Origin: Heptranchias perlo
Lineage: Eukaryota
Assembly (NCBI RefSeq): GCF_035084215.1
Contig: NC_090354.1
Location: 30,504,001 to 30,568,000, forward strand
DNA: 64,000 nucleotides
Direction: 5' to 3'
The notes beneath the pieces are model-generated. The model did no database searches, was not told the DNA's origin, and worked only from the letters and a program-made list of their open reading frames with translations. Within the stretch, counting starts at the first letter, position 1. The number at the start of each line of letters is the position of its first letter. The position numbers were made by a program, and so were the translations under genes. Positions 50,700 to 62,494 of the stretch are shown piece after piece.

Positions 50700-51615
50700 A
50701 TACTGTAGAGTGCTGCTCTGAACCAGTCCCCAGTCACTGTGTGTGCTGCTCTGAACCAGTCCCCAGTCACTGCGAGTGCTGCTCTGAACCAGTCCCCAGT
50801 CACTGCGTGTGCTGCTCTGAACCAGTTCCCAGTCACTGCGAGTGCTGCTCTGAACCAGTCCCCAGTCACTGTGTGTGCTGCTCTGAACCAGTCCCCAGTC
50901 ACTGTGTGTGCTGCTCTGAACCAGTCCCCAGTCACTGTGTGTGCTGCTCTGAACCAGTCCCCAGTCACTGCGTGTTCCACTGTGAACCAGTCCCCAGTCA
51001 CTGTGTGTGCTGCTCTGAACCAGTCCCCAGTCACTGTGTGTGCTGCTCTGAACCAGTCCCCAGTCACTGTGTGTGCTGCTCTGAACCAGTCCCCAGTCAC
51101 TGCGTGTTCCGCTGTGAACCAGTCCCCAGTCACTGTGTGTGCTGCTCTGAACCAGTCCCCAGTCACTGTGTGTGCTGCTCTGAACCAGTCCCCAGTCACT
51201 GTGTGTGCTGCTCTGAACCAGTCCCCAGTCACTGTGTGTGCTGCTCTGAACCAGTCCCCAGTCACTGCGTGTTCCGCTGTGAACCAGTCCCCAGTCACTG
51301 TGTGTGCTGCTCTGAACCAGTCCCCAGTCACTGCGAGTGCTGCTCTGAACCAGTTCCCAGTCACTGCGTGTTCCGCTGTGAACCAGTCCCCAGTCACTGC
51401 GAGTGCTGCTCTGAACCAGTCCCCAGTCACTGTGTGTGCTGCTCTGAACCAGTCCCCAGTCACTGCGAGTGCTGCTCTGAACCAGTCCCCAGTAACTGCG
51501 AGTGCTGCTCTGAACCAGTCCCCAGTCACTGCGTGTGCTGCTCTGAACCAGTCCACAGTCACTGCGAGTGCTGCTCTGAACCAGTCCCCAGTCACTGCTT
51601 GTGCTGCTCTGAATC
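50700..51615. repeat. Minisatellite, 33-bp unit (GTGCTGCTCTGAACCAGTCCCCAGTCACTGTGT)
   Basis: About 27 copies; source of the Cys-rich CCSEPVPSHC ORF. Confidence 0.97.
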
Positions 51616-52179
51616 AGCTTCTGGAGGGTCACAATCACCCCACCCCAATGGGAAAGCAATTTGTCTTTGGTCAGAGCAACATGGCTGAGATTGATGGGGA
51701 TTTTGGAGTGGGGGGGATTACACAGTCATGCCCGCAAACCCAAATCCGCGATTCTGTGACGCTGCAAGCTGGTGTACAAACATACTACCAAAAGGGCTGC
51801 TGGTAGCGCTGGGTTTGAATCAAAACATTATTAAATAAAGGAGACAAATGGAGTCAATTTAAGTCTCCAGATTCATACTTTACGTTAAATAAAGACAGAT
51901 TTAGGGAGGTGTGCCTCACCCTCTTGCTGGGATCACGTACAGTGTCAAAGACCATGATCGAGTGATTAGAAATCCATCTAGAAGCCAAGACAGTTTCTCA
52001 GAAAGCGCCTGGTACTCTTCCATATAATCATCCTTAAGGTTTTTTTAAAACTCATCGGCAGTACAATGACTATAATCATAGTGAGTGTTACTAGGAAGAA
52101 GCTTGGTTAATATTACACTTTGTGGAGCTCCTTGGCTTCCACTTCCTAAATTGGTCACTAAGCTTGCTGATGATACAGT

Positions 52180-52798
52180 GGGTCAGAGTTTGCTGGCAAA
52201 TAACGCTGAGTTTAATGCGCTCACCGGTATTAGTGTGTAAATAACCCAGCAATTTGTGACGATGAAGAGATAGCCCGTGAATTGCGAATCGCCACAAATT
52301 GCTGGATGATTTGCACTGCTCCCCTGTTAGCCTCGCGAAAACGGAAGCTCGCCATCAATTCCCCCATGAGTTTCATGAAATTGCTGCATTTGCACTGTTA
52401 AAAAGAATTAAATTCGCCGCAGAAAGTTAGGGCTGGTACTTAACGACGTAAGGACCCTTTTAATGATGATTTATTTTCCTACATGCCACACACCCTCTCC
52501 AGCCTAGAAAGGGAACATTTGAAACTGTGGAGTGTCATCCAACAGGTAGTAAATTGTTCCTAGAGGTTTTACAATTTTACAATTTTAAATTTTAAAATTT
52601 TTTTCTTACTTTTCCTCTCTGTCTCAATCCTGTAGTTCACCAAAGTCCCAGATGCCCCGTTGCCCTCACTGCACCATTATCAGCTCGCACTTCCAGCAAT
52701 TTGCAGTGCAAAAAATTTTTGAGGTGAAGAGTGAGGAAAAAAAAAATCTAACAAATGGGGCGCACCGCGAGATGCCCCACTCCAGCAAAATCTGGGTC
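52180..52798. mobile_element. Non-autonomous DNA transposon, relative of 49918-50658
   Basis: Degenerate TIR gggtcagagtttgctgg...ccagcaaaatctgggtc; colinear interior. Confidence 0.72.
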
Positions 52799-52966
52799 AG
52801 TGTATCTGTTCTCTGGCTGTTAATTACATTGTGTTACAAACGATTCATTTCATACCCACTAATGTCTAACCTCCTGGTGTGGGTTGAATTGGAGGGGTAA
52901 GTAGGGGCAGGGGAAGGGGGGAGCAAATAACTTTCTGGTATGATTACCAAAAATAAAATAGGACAC

Positions 52967-53305
52967 GGGGAGCCCAATAACGAAAAGTGCTCATCTCCAA
53001 AAACTCACCAGCAGAAACAGCTGACCTACCAGTACAGCATAAAACAGACAGCGCTGCAGCTCTCTTATTCCGAGCGCACGGGTCTGATACCAGCTTCCCG
53101 CAGTGCTCCTCTCCCCTCCCAGTCAGGACATGCCTCATAAATGCACAATACCACACGTCCTGAACGGGATGGGGAGATGACTTCCACTGGAAGAGAGTGG
53201 TAGGTATGGACTGCGTGTGCTCTGACTGAGGGGGCGGCCAGCACTGTCCCCATCATCAACTCGGCTGTTTCTGGAGATGAGCACTAATCATTAATGGTGT
53301 TCACC
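52967..53305. mobile_element. Possible old MITE
   Basis: Inverted arms gtgctcatctccaaaaa and tttctggagatgagcac. Confidence 0.45.
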
Positions 53306-53658
53306 TCAGTCAGATGTCACTCTGTGCTGGGAGTGGGGGAAGGATTGTTACTGGAGCTCGGTAAGGCCAAATTAGACCAACCAACTTGGCCAAAACAGAG
53401 GGCTCTGAGACCTGCCCCCACCTGCAAACACCGGAATCACTAGGCGGAAAAAGACCAAAGTCCATCTAGTTCACCATCTACCATTCTGGTAGTCGCATGA
53501 TTCAACGATAATGGAGTCGTTGAATCATAGCAATCAATCTCTCTCAATTATCCACAACAGACCCAGACTGGGGAAAACCCCCAGTGGTGGAGAGCTTTGG
53601 GAACCATAGGTCCAAAGACACCTGTTCCTCCCAAGCATGCTACATTTACCACACGTCA

Positions 53659-54393
53659 GGCGCTAAATTGGGCACTACGCAGCCTCCTGAAATGCCAGGA
53701 TGGCGTCTTGGCTGCGCACGCATGTTTCCAACGTGCCGTGTGCCAGACGCTATTTTGGTATAGGAGTTAGCACAGGCGCAGATCACAAACACCGGAAGCA
53801 TGCAAAGCGAGGAGAAAATGGGTACAATCAGTGTGCAACGCTGATTTAAAGTGATAGACTAACGCACGGTCTTAACCTCAACCATCTGAACGTGTCTTAG
53901 AGTGCCTGGAGGACCCTCACCAGCGCTATTTAAAAGGGACCATGCAGGATTTACAGGTTAGTAGCTGGATTATTGCTTCTGGCTGCCGAGGTATTTGTAA
54001 CAGTTTTTGGAGGTCTCCTATACTTGAACACTAGGACTAGGGGACATAGCCTAACATTTAGAGCCAGGACGTGCAGGATTGAAGTTAGGAAATGCTTCTA
54101 CATGCAAAGGTTGGGAGAAGTTTGGAACGCTCTTCTGCAGACAGCAGTTGATGCAAGCTCAATTGTGAATTCTAAATCTGAGATTGACAGATTGTGAACC
54201 AAGAGTATTAAGGGATATGGGGCTAAGGCAGGGATATGGGGCTAAGGCATGTATATAGAGTAGGTCACAGGTCCACCAGGTAAGTCCTCAGGCCTGACGA
54301 AAGTCTCGTCCTGCCTGCGAAGGGGCCATTGGGCACGGGGTAATAGTGGATCGTGCTACCCCTGCCCAAAAACAGGCACTATCCAATTTTTCC
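53659..54393 (+). mobile_element. MITE-like element carrying a CR1 3' fragment
   Basis: Ends ..aaattggg and ..tccaattttt; CR1 segment at about 54025-54275; homologous to 2600-3160. Confidence 0.65.
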
Positions 54394-54689
54394 CTGTCAT
54401 ATCTCAAATTATTAATATACCGTATCCCAAAATATTATTTGAAAACATTGAAAACTTTAAAATCTAATGCCCTAGAAATTCGGGTGCGCTCATTTTTATC
54501 TGTCTCTGCACCTGAATGGTGAGGCCCAAGATGCACCCGATATTGGGCCTCAGACCTCATTTCCATCGAGCCAGCTAGCTACATACAATATCAGCTTTAT
54601 TAGTATTTCCAAACACGGCATTTCAAAACTGGTTTGATTGCAACCATAGCCTGGAAATGGCCACAGAAGCCCCTAACACCCTCTACAAG

Positions 54690-55052
54690 GGTGCCACTCC
54701 AGAGACTTGAGCAAATAATCCAGGCTGACAACCCACTGCAGTATTGACGGAGTGTTGCACTGTTGGAGGTGCCGTGCTTTGGATGAGTCATTAAACCGAG
54801 GCCCCGTCTGCCCTCTCAGCTAGACATGGCCCTCTTTCGAAGAAGAACTGGGAAGTTCTGGCCAATATTTATCCCTCAACCAACATCATTAAAACAGATT
54901 ATCTGATCATTATCACATTGCTGTTTGTGGGATCTTGCTGTGCGCAAATTGGCTGCTGCGTTTCCTACATTACAAAAGTGACTACACTTCAAAAGTACTT
55001 TGTTGGCTATAAAGCGCTAAGGTGCTGTATAAATGCAAGTTCTTACTTTCTT
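54690..55052 (+). mobile_element. SacSINE1-like SINE, 5'-truncated
   Basis: ccactccagagacttgagc...tataaatgcaagttc. Confidence 0.85.
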
Positions 55053-55134
55053 TAAACCTCCCCAGCGCATTAGCATCAACAATGTCTGGATTTAGACTTC
55101 GACAATCCTTTGGAGTCACTAAATTTCTCACTAC

Positions 55135-55277
55135 CTGAATTCCTCATATGATCCCACTTGCTGATGAATGGCCCTGAATTTTGCATCATTTTCTCGCTTG
55201 TATTTCTCATCAAGGGCCAAGGCCGTCTGTAACTCCCGCTCCAGAGCCTTGAAATCGATGGTCTCATGTTCCTCCAT
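55135..55277 (-). CDS. CCDC103: CCDC103 first coding exon (dynein attachment factor N-terminus)
   Basis: Acceptor ttccctctaatcactgcag|ATG. Translation [47 protein letters not shown](R)|gtagtg. 143 nt, phase 2; matches CCDC103 [20 protein letters not shown]. Confidence 0.95.
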
Positions 55278-55839
55278 CTGCAGTGATTAGAGGGAACAGG
55301 AAGAGAATCATACGTTAGCAGCAGCTTAGTACACAGTGCAGCAATCAGTTAGGAGACAGACTCAAACGCAGGCTGACCAAAGCAACCGCCCGGAGCTAAT
55401 GCCTGGAACCAGCTTCTGGTAGTGACTCTGACACACACAGCTGGAGACCCAGCAGCAGACTCTGGTCACTGCTCCAGTTCCAACCCGGGGACCCATCCCC
55501 CTGCAGTGCTTGGAGTGCTTCAGGCTGAATGAATTACTTACTGGCCCCAGCGTCATTGCCTAATGCATCTCTGTGAGCCCAGTGACTGCCAACCCCAGGC
55601 AGGAACCTGTCCTCACTCAGTGCCTCCAGCTCCACCCACTGCTCCTCCTCCTCCTCTCTTTTTAGCCATTATCCTCCCCCCTTCCAAGTACACATTCACC
55701 CTGCCCTCTCTTAGTCTTGCCTTCCTTCCCTCCCACTCCTCCTCTTTCCAACTCCCAGCTTCTTGTCCCATTTTGCCTCACCTCGTCCCCATCCCCCATC
55801 TCCACAAATTCCCTATCTCGCCAATCGTTCCATATCCAT

Positions 55840-57095
55840 AGGCAAATCATGTTTAACCAACTTGATAAGAGTTTTTTGATGTGGTAACAGAAAGGGTAGA
55901 TGAGGGCAATGCAGTTGATGTGGTGTATATGGATTTTCAAAAAGTTTTTGATAAAGTGCCACATGGTAGGCTTGCTATTAAGATTGCGGCCCATGGAATA
56001 AAGGGGGCAAAGCAACATGGATACAGAATTGGCTAAATGACGGGAAACAGAGAGTAGTGGTGAGCGGTTGTTTTTCGGACTGGAGGGAGGTGTACAGTGG
56101 TGTTCCCCAGGGGTCGGTGCTGGGACCACTGCTTTTCTTGATATATATTAATGACTTGGACTTGGGAGCACAGGTCACAATTTCAAAATTTGTGGATGAC
56201 ACAAAACTTGGAAGGGTAGTGAACAGTGAGGAGGATAGTGATAGACTTCAAGAGGATAGAGACACTCTGGTGCCATGGGCAGACACGTGACAGATGAAGT
56301 TTAAATGCAAGGTAATGCATTTTGGTAGGAAAAATGAGGAGAGGCAATATAAACTAGAGGGCACAATTCTAAAAGAGCACAGGAACAGAGGGATCTGGGG
56401 GTATATGTGCACAAATCGTTGAAGGTGGGAGGGCAGGTTGAGAAAGCGGTTAAAAAAGCATACGGGATCCTGGGCTTTATAAATAGAGGCATAGAGTACA
56501 AAAGCAAGGAAGTCATGATGAACCTTTATAAAACACTGGTTTGACCACAACTGGAGTATTGTGTCCAGTTCTGGGCACCGCACTTTAGGAAGGATGTGAA
56601 GGCCTTAGAGAAGGTGCAGAAGAGATTTTACTAGAATGATTCCAGGGATGAGGGACTTAAATTGCGTGGATAGACTGGAAAGGCTGGGATTGTTCTCCTT
56701 GGAACAGAGATGGTGGAGAGGAGATTTCATAGAGGTGTTCAAAATCATGAAGGGTTTAGACAGAGTGGATAGAGAGAAACTGTTCCCATTGGCGGAAGGA
56801 TCAAGAACCAGATGGCATAGATTTAAGGTGATTGGGAAAAGAACCAAAGGTGATATGAGGAAAAATTTTTTAACACAGTAAGTGGTTAGGATCTGGAATG
56901 CACTGCCTGAGGGAGTGGTGGAGGCAGATTCAATCATGGCTTTCAAAAGGATAAGTACTTGAAACAAAATAAATTTGCAGGGCTACGGTGATAGGGCAGT
57001 GGGACCTGCTGGATTGCTCTTGAGTAGAGCCGGCGCAGACTCGACGGGTCGAATGGCCTCCTTCCGTGCTGTAACCTGTCTATAATTCTATGATA
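55840..57095 (+). mobile_element. CR1 LINE 3' part, degenerate
   Basis: [35 protein letters not shown]; tail tctataattctatgat. Confidence 0.93.
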
Positions 57096-57107
57096 CCACT
57101 CAATGGC

Positions 57108-60100
57108 CAATCTCCCATCTCCTGCAACCCCCATCCTCCCCAATACCCAATACCCAATCTCCTGCAACCCCCACCCTCCCCAATACCCAATCTCCTGCAA
57201 CCCCCACCCTCCCCAATACCCAATCTCCTGCAACCCCCACCCTCCCCAATACCCAATCTCCCATCTCCTGCAACCCCCACCCTCCCCAATACCCAATCTC
57301 CCATCTCCTGCAACCCCCACCCTCCCCAATACCCAATCTCCCATCTCCTCCAACCCCCACCCTCCCCAATACCCAATCTCCATCTCCTCCAACCCCCACC
57401 CTCCCCAATACCCAATCTCCATCTCCTCCAACCCCCACTCTCCCCAATACCCAATCTCCCATCTCCTGCAACCCCCACCCTCCCCAATACCCACCCTCCC
57501 CAATACCCAATCTCCATCTCCTCCAACCCCACCCTCCCTCCCCAATACCCAATCTCCATCTCCTCCAACCCCCACCCTCCCCAATACTCAATCTCCATCT
57601 CCTCCAACCCCCACCCTCCCCAATACCCAATCTCCTCCAACCCCCACCCTCCCCAATACTCAATCTCCTCCAACCCCCACCGCCACCCTCCCCAATACCC
57701 AATCTCCCATCTCCTCCAACCCCCACCCTCCCCAATACCCAATCTCCTCCAACCCCCACCCTCCCCAATACTCAATCTCCTCCAACCCCCACCCTCCCCA
57801 ATACCCAATCTCCCATCTCCTCCAACCCCCACCCTCCCCAATACCCACCCTCCCCAATACCCAATCTCGATCTCCTCCAACCCCACCCTCCCTCCCCAAT
57901 ACCCAATCTCCATCTCCTCCAACCCCCACCCTCCCCAATACCCAATCTCCATCTCCTCCAACCCCCACCCTCCCCAATACTCAATCTCCATCTCCTCCAA
58001 CCCCCACCCTCCCCAATACCCAATCTCCTCCAACCCCCACCCTCCCCAATACCCAATCTCCTCCAACCCCCACCCTCCCCAATACTCAATCTCCTCCAAC
58101 CCCCACCGCCACCCTCCCCAATACCCAATCTCCCATCTCCTCCAACCCCCACCCTCCCCAATACCCAATCTCCTCCAACCCCCACCCTCCCCAATACTCA
58201 ATCTCCTCCAACCCCCACCCTCCCCAATACCCAATCTCCCATCTCCTCCAACCCCCACCCTCCCCAATACCCAATCTCCCATCTCCTCCAACCCCCACCC
58301 TCCCCAATACCCAATCTCCTCCAACCCCCACCCTCCCCAATACTCAATCTCCTCCAACCCCCACCCTCCCCAATACCCAATCTCCCATCTCCTCCAACCC
58401 CCACCCTCCCCAATACCCAATCTCCCATCTCCTCCAACCCCCACCCTCCCCAATACCCAATCTCCCATCTCCTCCAACCCCCACCCTCCCCAATACCCAA
58501 TCTCCTCCAACCCCCACCCTCCCCAATACCCAATCTCCTCCAACCCCCACCCTCCCCAATACCCAATCTCCTCCAACCCCCACCCTCCCCAATACCCAAT
58601 CTCCTCCAACCCCCACCCTCCCCAATACCCAATCTCCTCCAACCCCCACCCTCCCCAATACCCAATCTCCTCCAACCCCCACCCTCCCCAATACCCAATC
58701 TCCCATCTCCTCCAACCCCCACCCTCCCCAATACCCAATCTCCCATCTCCTCCAACCCCCACCCTCCCCAATACCCAATCTCCCATCTCCTCCAACCCCC
58801 ACCCTCCCCAATACCCAATCTCCCATCTCCTCCAACCCCCACCCTCCCCAATACCCAATCCCCTCCAACCCCCACCCTCCCCAATACCCAATCTCCTCCA
58901 ACCCCCACCCTCCCCAATACCCAATCCCCTCCAACCCCCACCCTCCCCAATACCCAATCTCCTCCAACCCCCACCCTCCCCAATACCCAATCTCCTCCAA
59001 CCCCCACCCTCCCCAATACCCAATCTCCTCCAACCCCCACCCTCCCCAATACCCAATCTCCTGCAACCCCCACCCTCCCCAATACCCAATCTCCTCCAAC
59101 CCCCACCCTCCCCAATACCCAATCTCCTCCAACCCCCACCCTCCCCAATACCCAATCTCCCATCTCCTCCAACCCCCACCCTCCCCAATACCCAATCTCC
59201 CATCTCCTCCAACCCCCACCCTCCCCAATACCCAATCTCCCATCTCCTCCAACCCCCACCCTCCCCAATACCCAATCTCCCATCTCCTCCAACCCCCACC
59301 CTCCCCAATACCCAATCTCCCATCTCCTCCAACCCCCACCCTCCCCAATACCCAATCCCCTCCAACCCCCACCCTCCCCAATACCCAATCTCCTCCAACC
59401 CCCACCCTCCCCAATACCCAATCCCCTCCAACCCCCACCCTCCCCAATACCCAATCTCCTCCAACCCCCACCCTCCCCAATACCCAATCTCCTCCAACCC
59501 CCACCCTCCCCAATACCCAATCTCCTCCAACCCCCACCCTCCCCAATACCCAATCTCCTCCAACCCCCACCCTCCCCAATACCCAATCTCCTCCAACCCC
59601 CACCCTCCCCAATACCCAATCTCCTCCAACCCCCACCCTCCCCAATACCCAATCTCCTCCAACCCCCACCCTCCCCAATACCCAATCTCCTCCAACCCCC
59701 ACCCTCCCCAATACCCAATCTCCTCCAACCCCCACCCTCCCCAATACCCAATCTCCTCCAACCCCCACCCTCCCCAATACCCAATCTCCTCCAACCCCCA
59801 CCCTCCCCAATACCCAATCTCCTCCAACCCCCACCCTCCCCAATACCCAATCTCCTCCAACCCCCACCCTCCCCAATACCCAATCTCCTCCAACCCCCAC
59901 CCTCCCCAATACTCAATCTCCTCCAACCCCCACCCTCCCCAATACTCAATCTCCTTCAACCCCCACCCTCCCCAATACCCAATCTCCTCCAACCCCCACC
60001 CTCCCCAATACCCAATCTCCTCCAACCCCACCCTCCCCAATACCCAATCTCCTCCAACCCCCACCCTCCCCAATACCCAATCTCCTCCAACCCCCACCCT

Positions 60101-60170
60101 CCCCAATACCCAATCTCCTCCAACCCCCACCCTCCCCAATACCCAATCTCCTCCAACCCCCACCCTCCTC
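57108..60170. repeat. About 3-kb C-rich (plus) / G-rich (minus) minisatellite, 33-bp unit (CCAATCTCCTCCAACCCCCACCCTCCCCAATAC) with 39/40-bp variants
   Basis: Almost G-free plus strand; gives the ~1000-aa spurious ORFs. Confidence 0.98.
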
Positions 60171-60290
60171 ATTCCCTTAATCCCCAATACTCCTTACCCC
60201 GTTTAACGCCGCCTCCTTTAAATGGGTGACGACAGACTCAGCAACCGAAGCCGCTGGAACTGCAGCAACACCTGACACCCGAGGCCTCAC

Positions 60291-60335
60291 CTGCTCGCTC
60301 CGCGGCGGCTGTCACTCTGTCGGTTGCTATGCACG
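60291..60335 (-). other. CCDC103: Probable non-coding exon 1 of CCDC103 (5' end approximate)
   Basis: Strong minus-strand donor CAG|GTGAGG at 60291/60290. The first coding exon starts directly at an acceptor, so an upstream exon is required. Confidence 0.6.
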
Positions 60336-60414
60336 GCCGTTGCTAGGTGTATGGCCCCGCCCCCTGCGCCGACGGGCCGCGCGTGTTGTTGCCCTGACAA
60401 TGGGCCTGGCATCA

Positions 60415-60447
60415 CGTGACAGGACGCCGCCAGCGGCTGCGCAGTGG
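60415..60447 (+). other. Probable non-coding exon 1 of a divergent plus-strand gene (EFTUD2 by human synteny; not provable here)
   Basis: Plus-strand donor TGG|GTGAGG at 60447/60448 inside the CpG-rich promoter. Confidence 0.4.
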
Positions 60448-60764
60448 GTGAGGAGTAGATGGGGTTGCAGAGCCTGCGGCCTCAGGCCTAGGCTCAGGCC
60501 CGGGGGGCGGGCACCGAGCCCTCTCTGATTGCCTCAGGGTTGATTGAAGTGGGCTGCTGCAGCTAACTGGACTAAGGCACTGGAGGGCAAGTAAGACTGA
60601 AAGAAGTACAGCTGGCTGTTGTGTTCCCCATGTTGCTGCCAAGTTTGCATTAGGATGTTACCATTGTTCACCTTCCCTGACATCAGTGAATCTTATACAC
60701 TCACAGGGACTCCCAGGGTCAGGGACTCCCAGTGGGAAATAGATGGTCAAGGGAGTATTTTCCA

Positions 60765-61370
60765 AGGACCTCCTTATTTCCCCTACCAAAATACATCACC
60801 TCATCCTTGTCTATATTGAAATTCATCTGCCAATTACGCACCCATTCTGCAAGTTTGTTAATGTCTTCCTGTATTTTGTCGCAGTCCTCCTCAGTATTAA
60901 CTATATTCCCCAATTTGCTGTCCTCTGCAAACTTTGAAATTGTACTTCCGATTCCTGAGTCCAAATCGTTTGTGTAAATGGTGAACAGCAGTGGTCCCAG
61001 CACCGATCCCTGTGGAACACCACTTCCCACCTTCTGCCAGTCTGAGTAACTACCTTTAACCCCTACTCTCTGTTTTGTAGCCAGTTTTCTGTCCATTCTG
61101 CTATTTGTTCCCTGACTCCGCATGCTCTCACCTTAGTCATGAGTCTACTTATCGAAGACCTTTTGAAAATCCATGTATATTACATCCACTGTATTACCCT
61201 TATCTACTCTTTCAGTTACTTCTTCAAAGAATTCAATAAGGTTGATCCAGCATGACCTTCCATTTTGAAATCCGTTCTGACTATTCTTTATTATATCTCT
61301 GGTTTCTAGATGTTTTTCCATTACATCTTTGAGGAAAGATTCCAATATCTTTCCTACCACCGACATTAAG
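60765..61370 (-). mobile_element. CR1 RT fragment
   Basis: [16 protein letters not shown]; NLIEFFEEVT..DVIYMDFQKVFDK. Confidence 0.9.
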
Positions 61371-61589
61371 ATATGTTGATGCTCTCCAGTTTTTGCAAGG
61401 CCATCAAGGATCTTTGCTGCAAAGGGAGCATCGAGAACAACAGTCCCGCACAGCGAGCAAAACAGACAAGAGGACGAGCGAAACAGACTCGGAGCAAAAA
61501 AGAAATCCATTTCAAAGACTATCCAGTGCAGAGACACTCTAACAAAAAAAGACAGAAGAAAAAGTCAACGGACATTCCAAAAGGTAAAT

Positions 61590-62200
61590 TGAAAAAGGGG
61601 AAGCATACTACAGTAGACAGAGGGAGTGCAAGCAGACAGCATAGCAGAGAGAACGTGAATGATAAAAAAAACACTGCAGCACACAGAGAGAGAGCAAGCA
61701 GAAAGCACAGCAGAGAGAAGCCAAATGATAAAAAAGAAACTGTAGCGCACACAGCGAGAGCAAGCAGACAGCGCAGCAGAGAGAAACTGAATGATAGAAA
61801 AGAAATTGTAGCGCACACAGCGAGAGCAAGCAGACAGCGCAGCAGAGAGAAACTGAATGATAGAAAAGAGACCGTAACACAGAGAGGAAGAGCAAGCAGA
61901 CAGCACAGCAGAGAGAAACTGAATGATAGAAAAAAGGCTGCAGAACACAGAGGAAGAGCAAGCAGATAGCGCAGCAGTGACTGAGAAGAAAACGTTGCAG
62001 CAAGGAGAGCAAGCTGAAGGCACAGCAAAGAGAGACTGAATAAGGGGAAAGACACTGCAGCAGCCAGAGGGAGAGCAAACAGATAGCACAGTAAACAAAG
62101 ACTGAGTGAGAGGAAAGACACTGCAGCACGCAGAGGGAGATTGGGCAGACAGCCCAGCAAAGAGCGACCGAGTTAGAGGAAAGCAGTGCAGCACAGAGTC
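61590..62200. repeat. Degenerate 60-bp purine-rich tandem repeat
   Basis: gagcaagcagacagcgcagcagagagaaactgaatgatagaaaag recurs every 60 bp. Confidence 0.88.
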
Positions 62201-62494
62201 AGAAAGATCGGATTAGCACAGAGACTTAGGAAAAAAAAAACACTGGAGCATAGAATCCGTGAGAAGAAAAACAATTCTGCAGAGAGAGAAAATTAAAATA
62301 AGGATGAGAGAAGTAAATTGAGAGTGTTGAAATGAGAAAGTAAATGGATATCCGTGACATACTTTTTCTGTGTTGCTTTGAGTTTTTTTGTGTGCTCGTC
62401 ACATTTTGAGCCGAGATGTCTTCTCACGCTCGTGTATCTCACCCATATATATCTAGAGAAATCAGCAAATAAGCACAGAGGAAAAATTATATAG

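Larger units (their letters stand above)
60200..60530. promoter_or_regulatory. CpG-rich, probably bidirectional promoter with RFX X-boxes, GC box and E-box
   Basis: GTTGCTATGCAC 60323, GTTGCTAGG 60339, GGCCCCGCCCC 60353, GTTGCCCTGACAAT 60388, TCACGTGAC 60412; donors on both strands. Confidence 0.75.

Noticed and set aside
50519-51806. Cys-rich 389-aa ORF resembling metallothionein or keratin-associated proteins
   Set aside because: A 33-bp VNTR open in multiple frames; its N-terminus comes from the adjacent MITE.
54294-54320. CTGACGA-AAG motif as a second hammerhead
   Set aside because: No stem II or properly placed GAAA box.
57080-60206. ~1000-aa Pro-rich and Gly/Trp-rich ORFs
   Set aside because: Translations of a stop-poor minisatellite that is open in several frames on both strands and lies in an intron.
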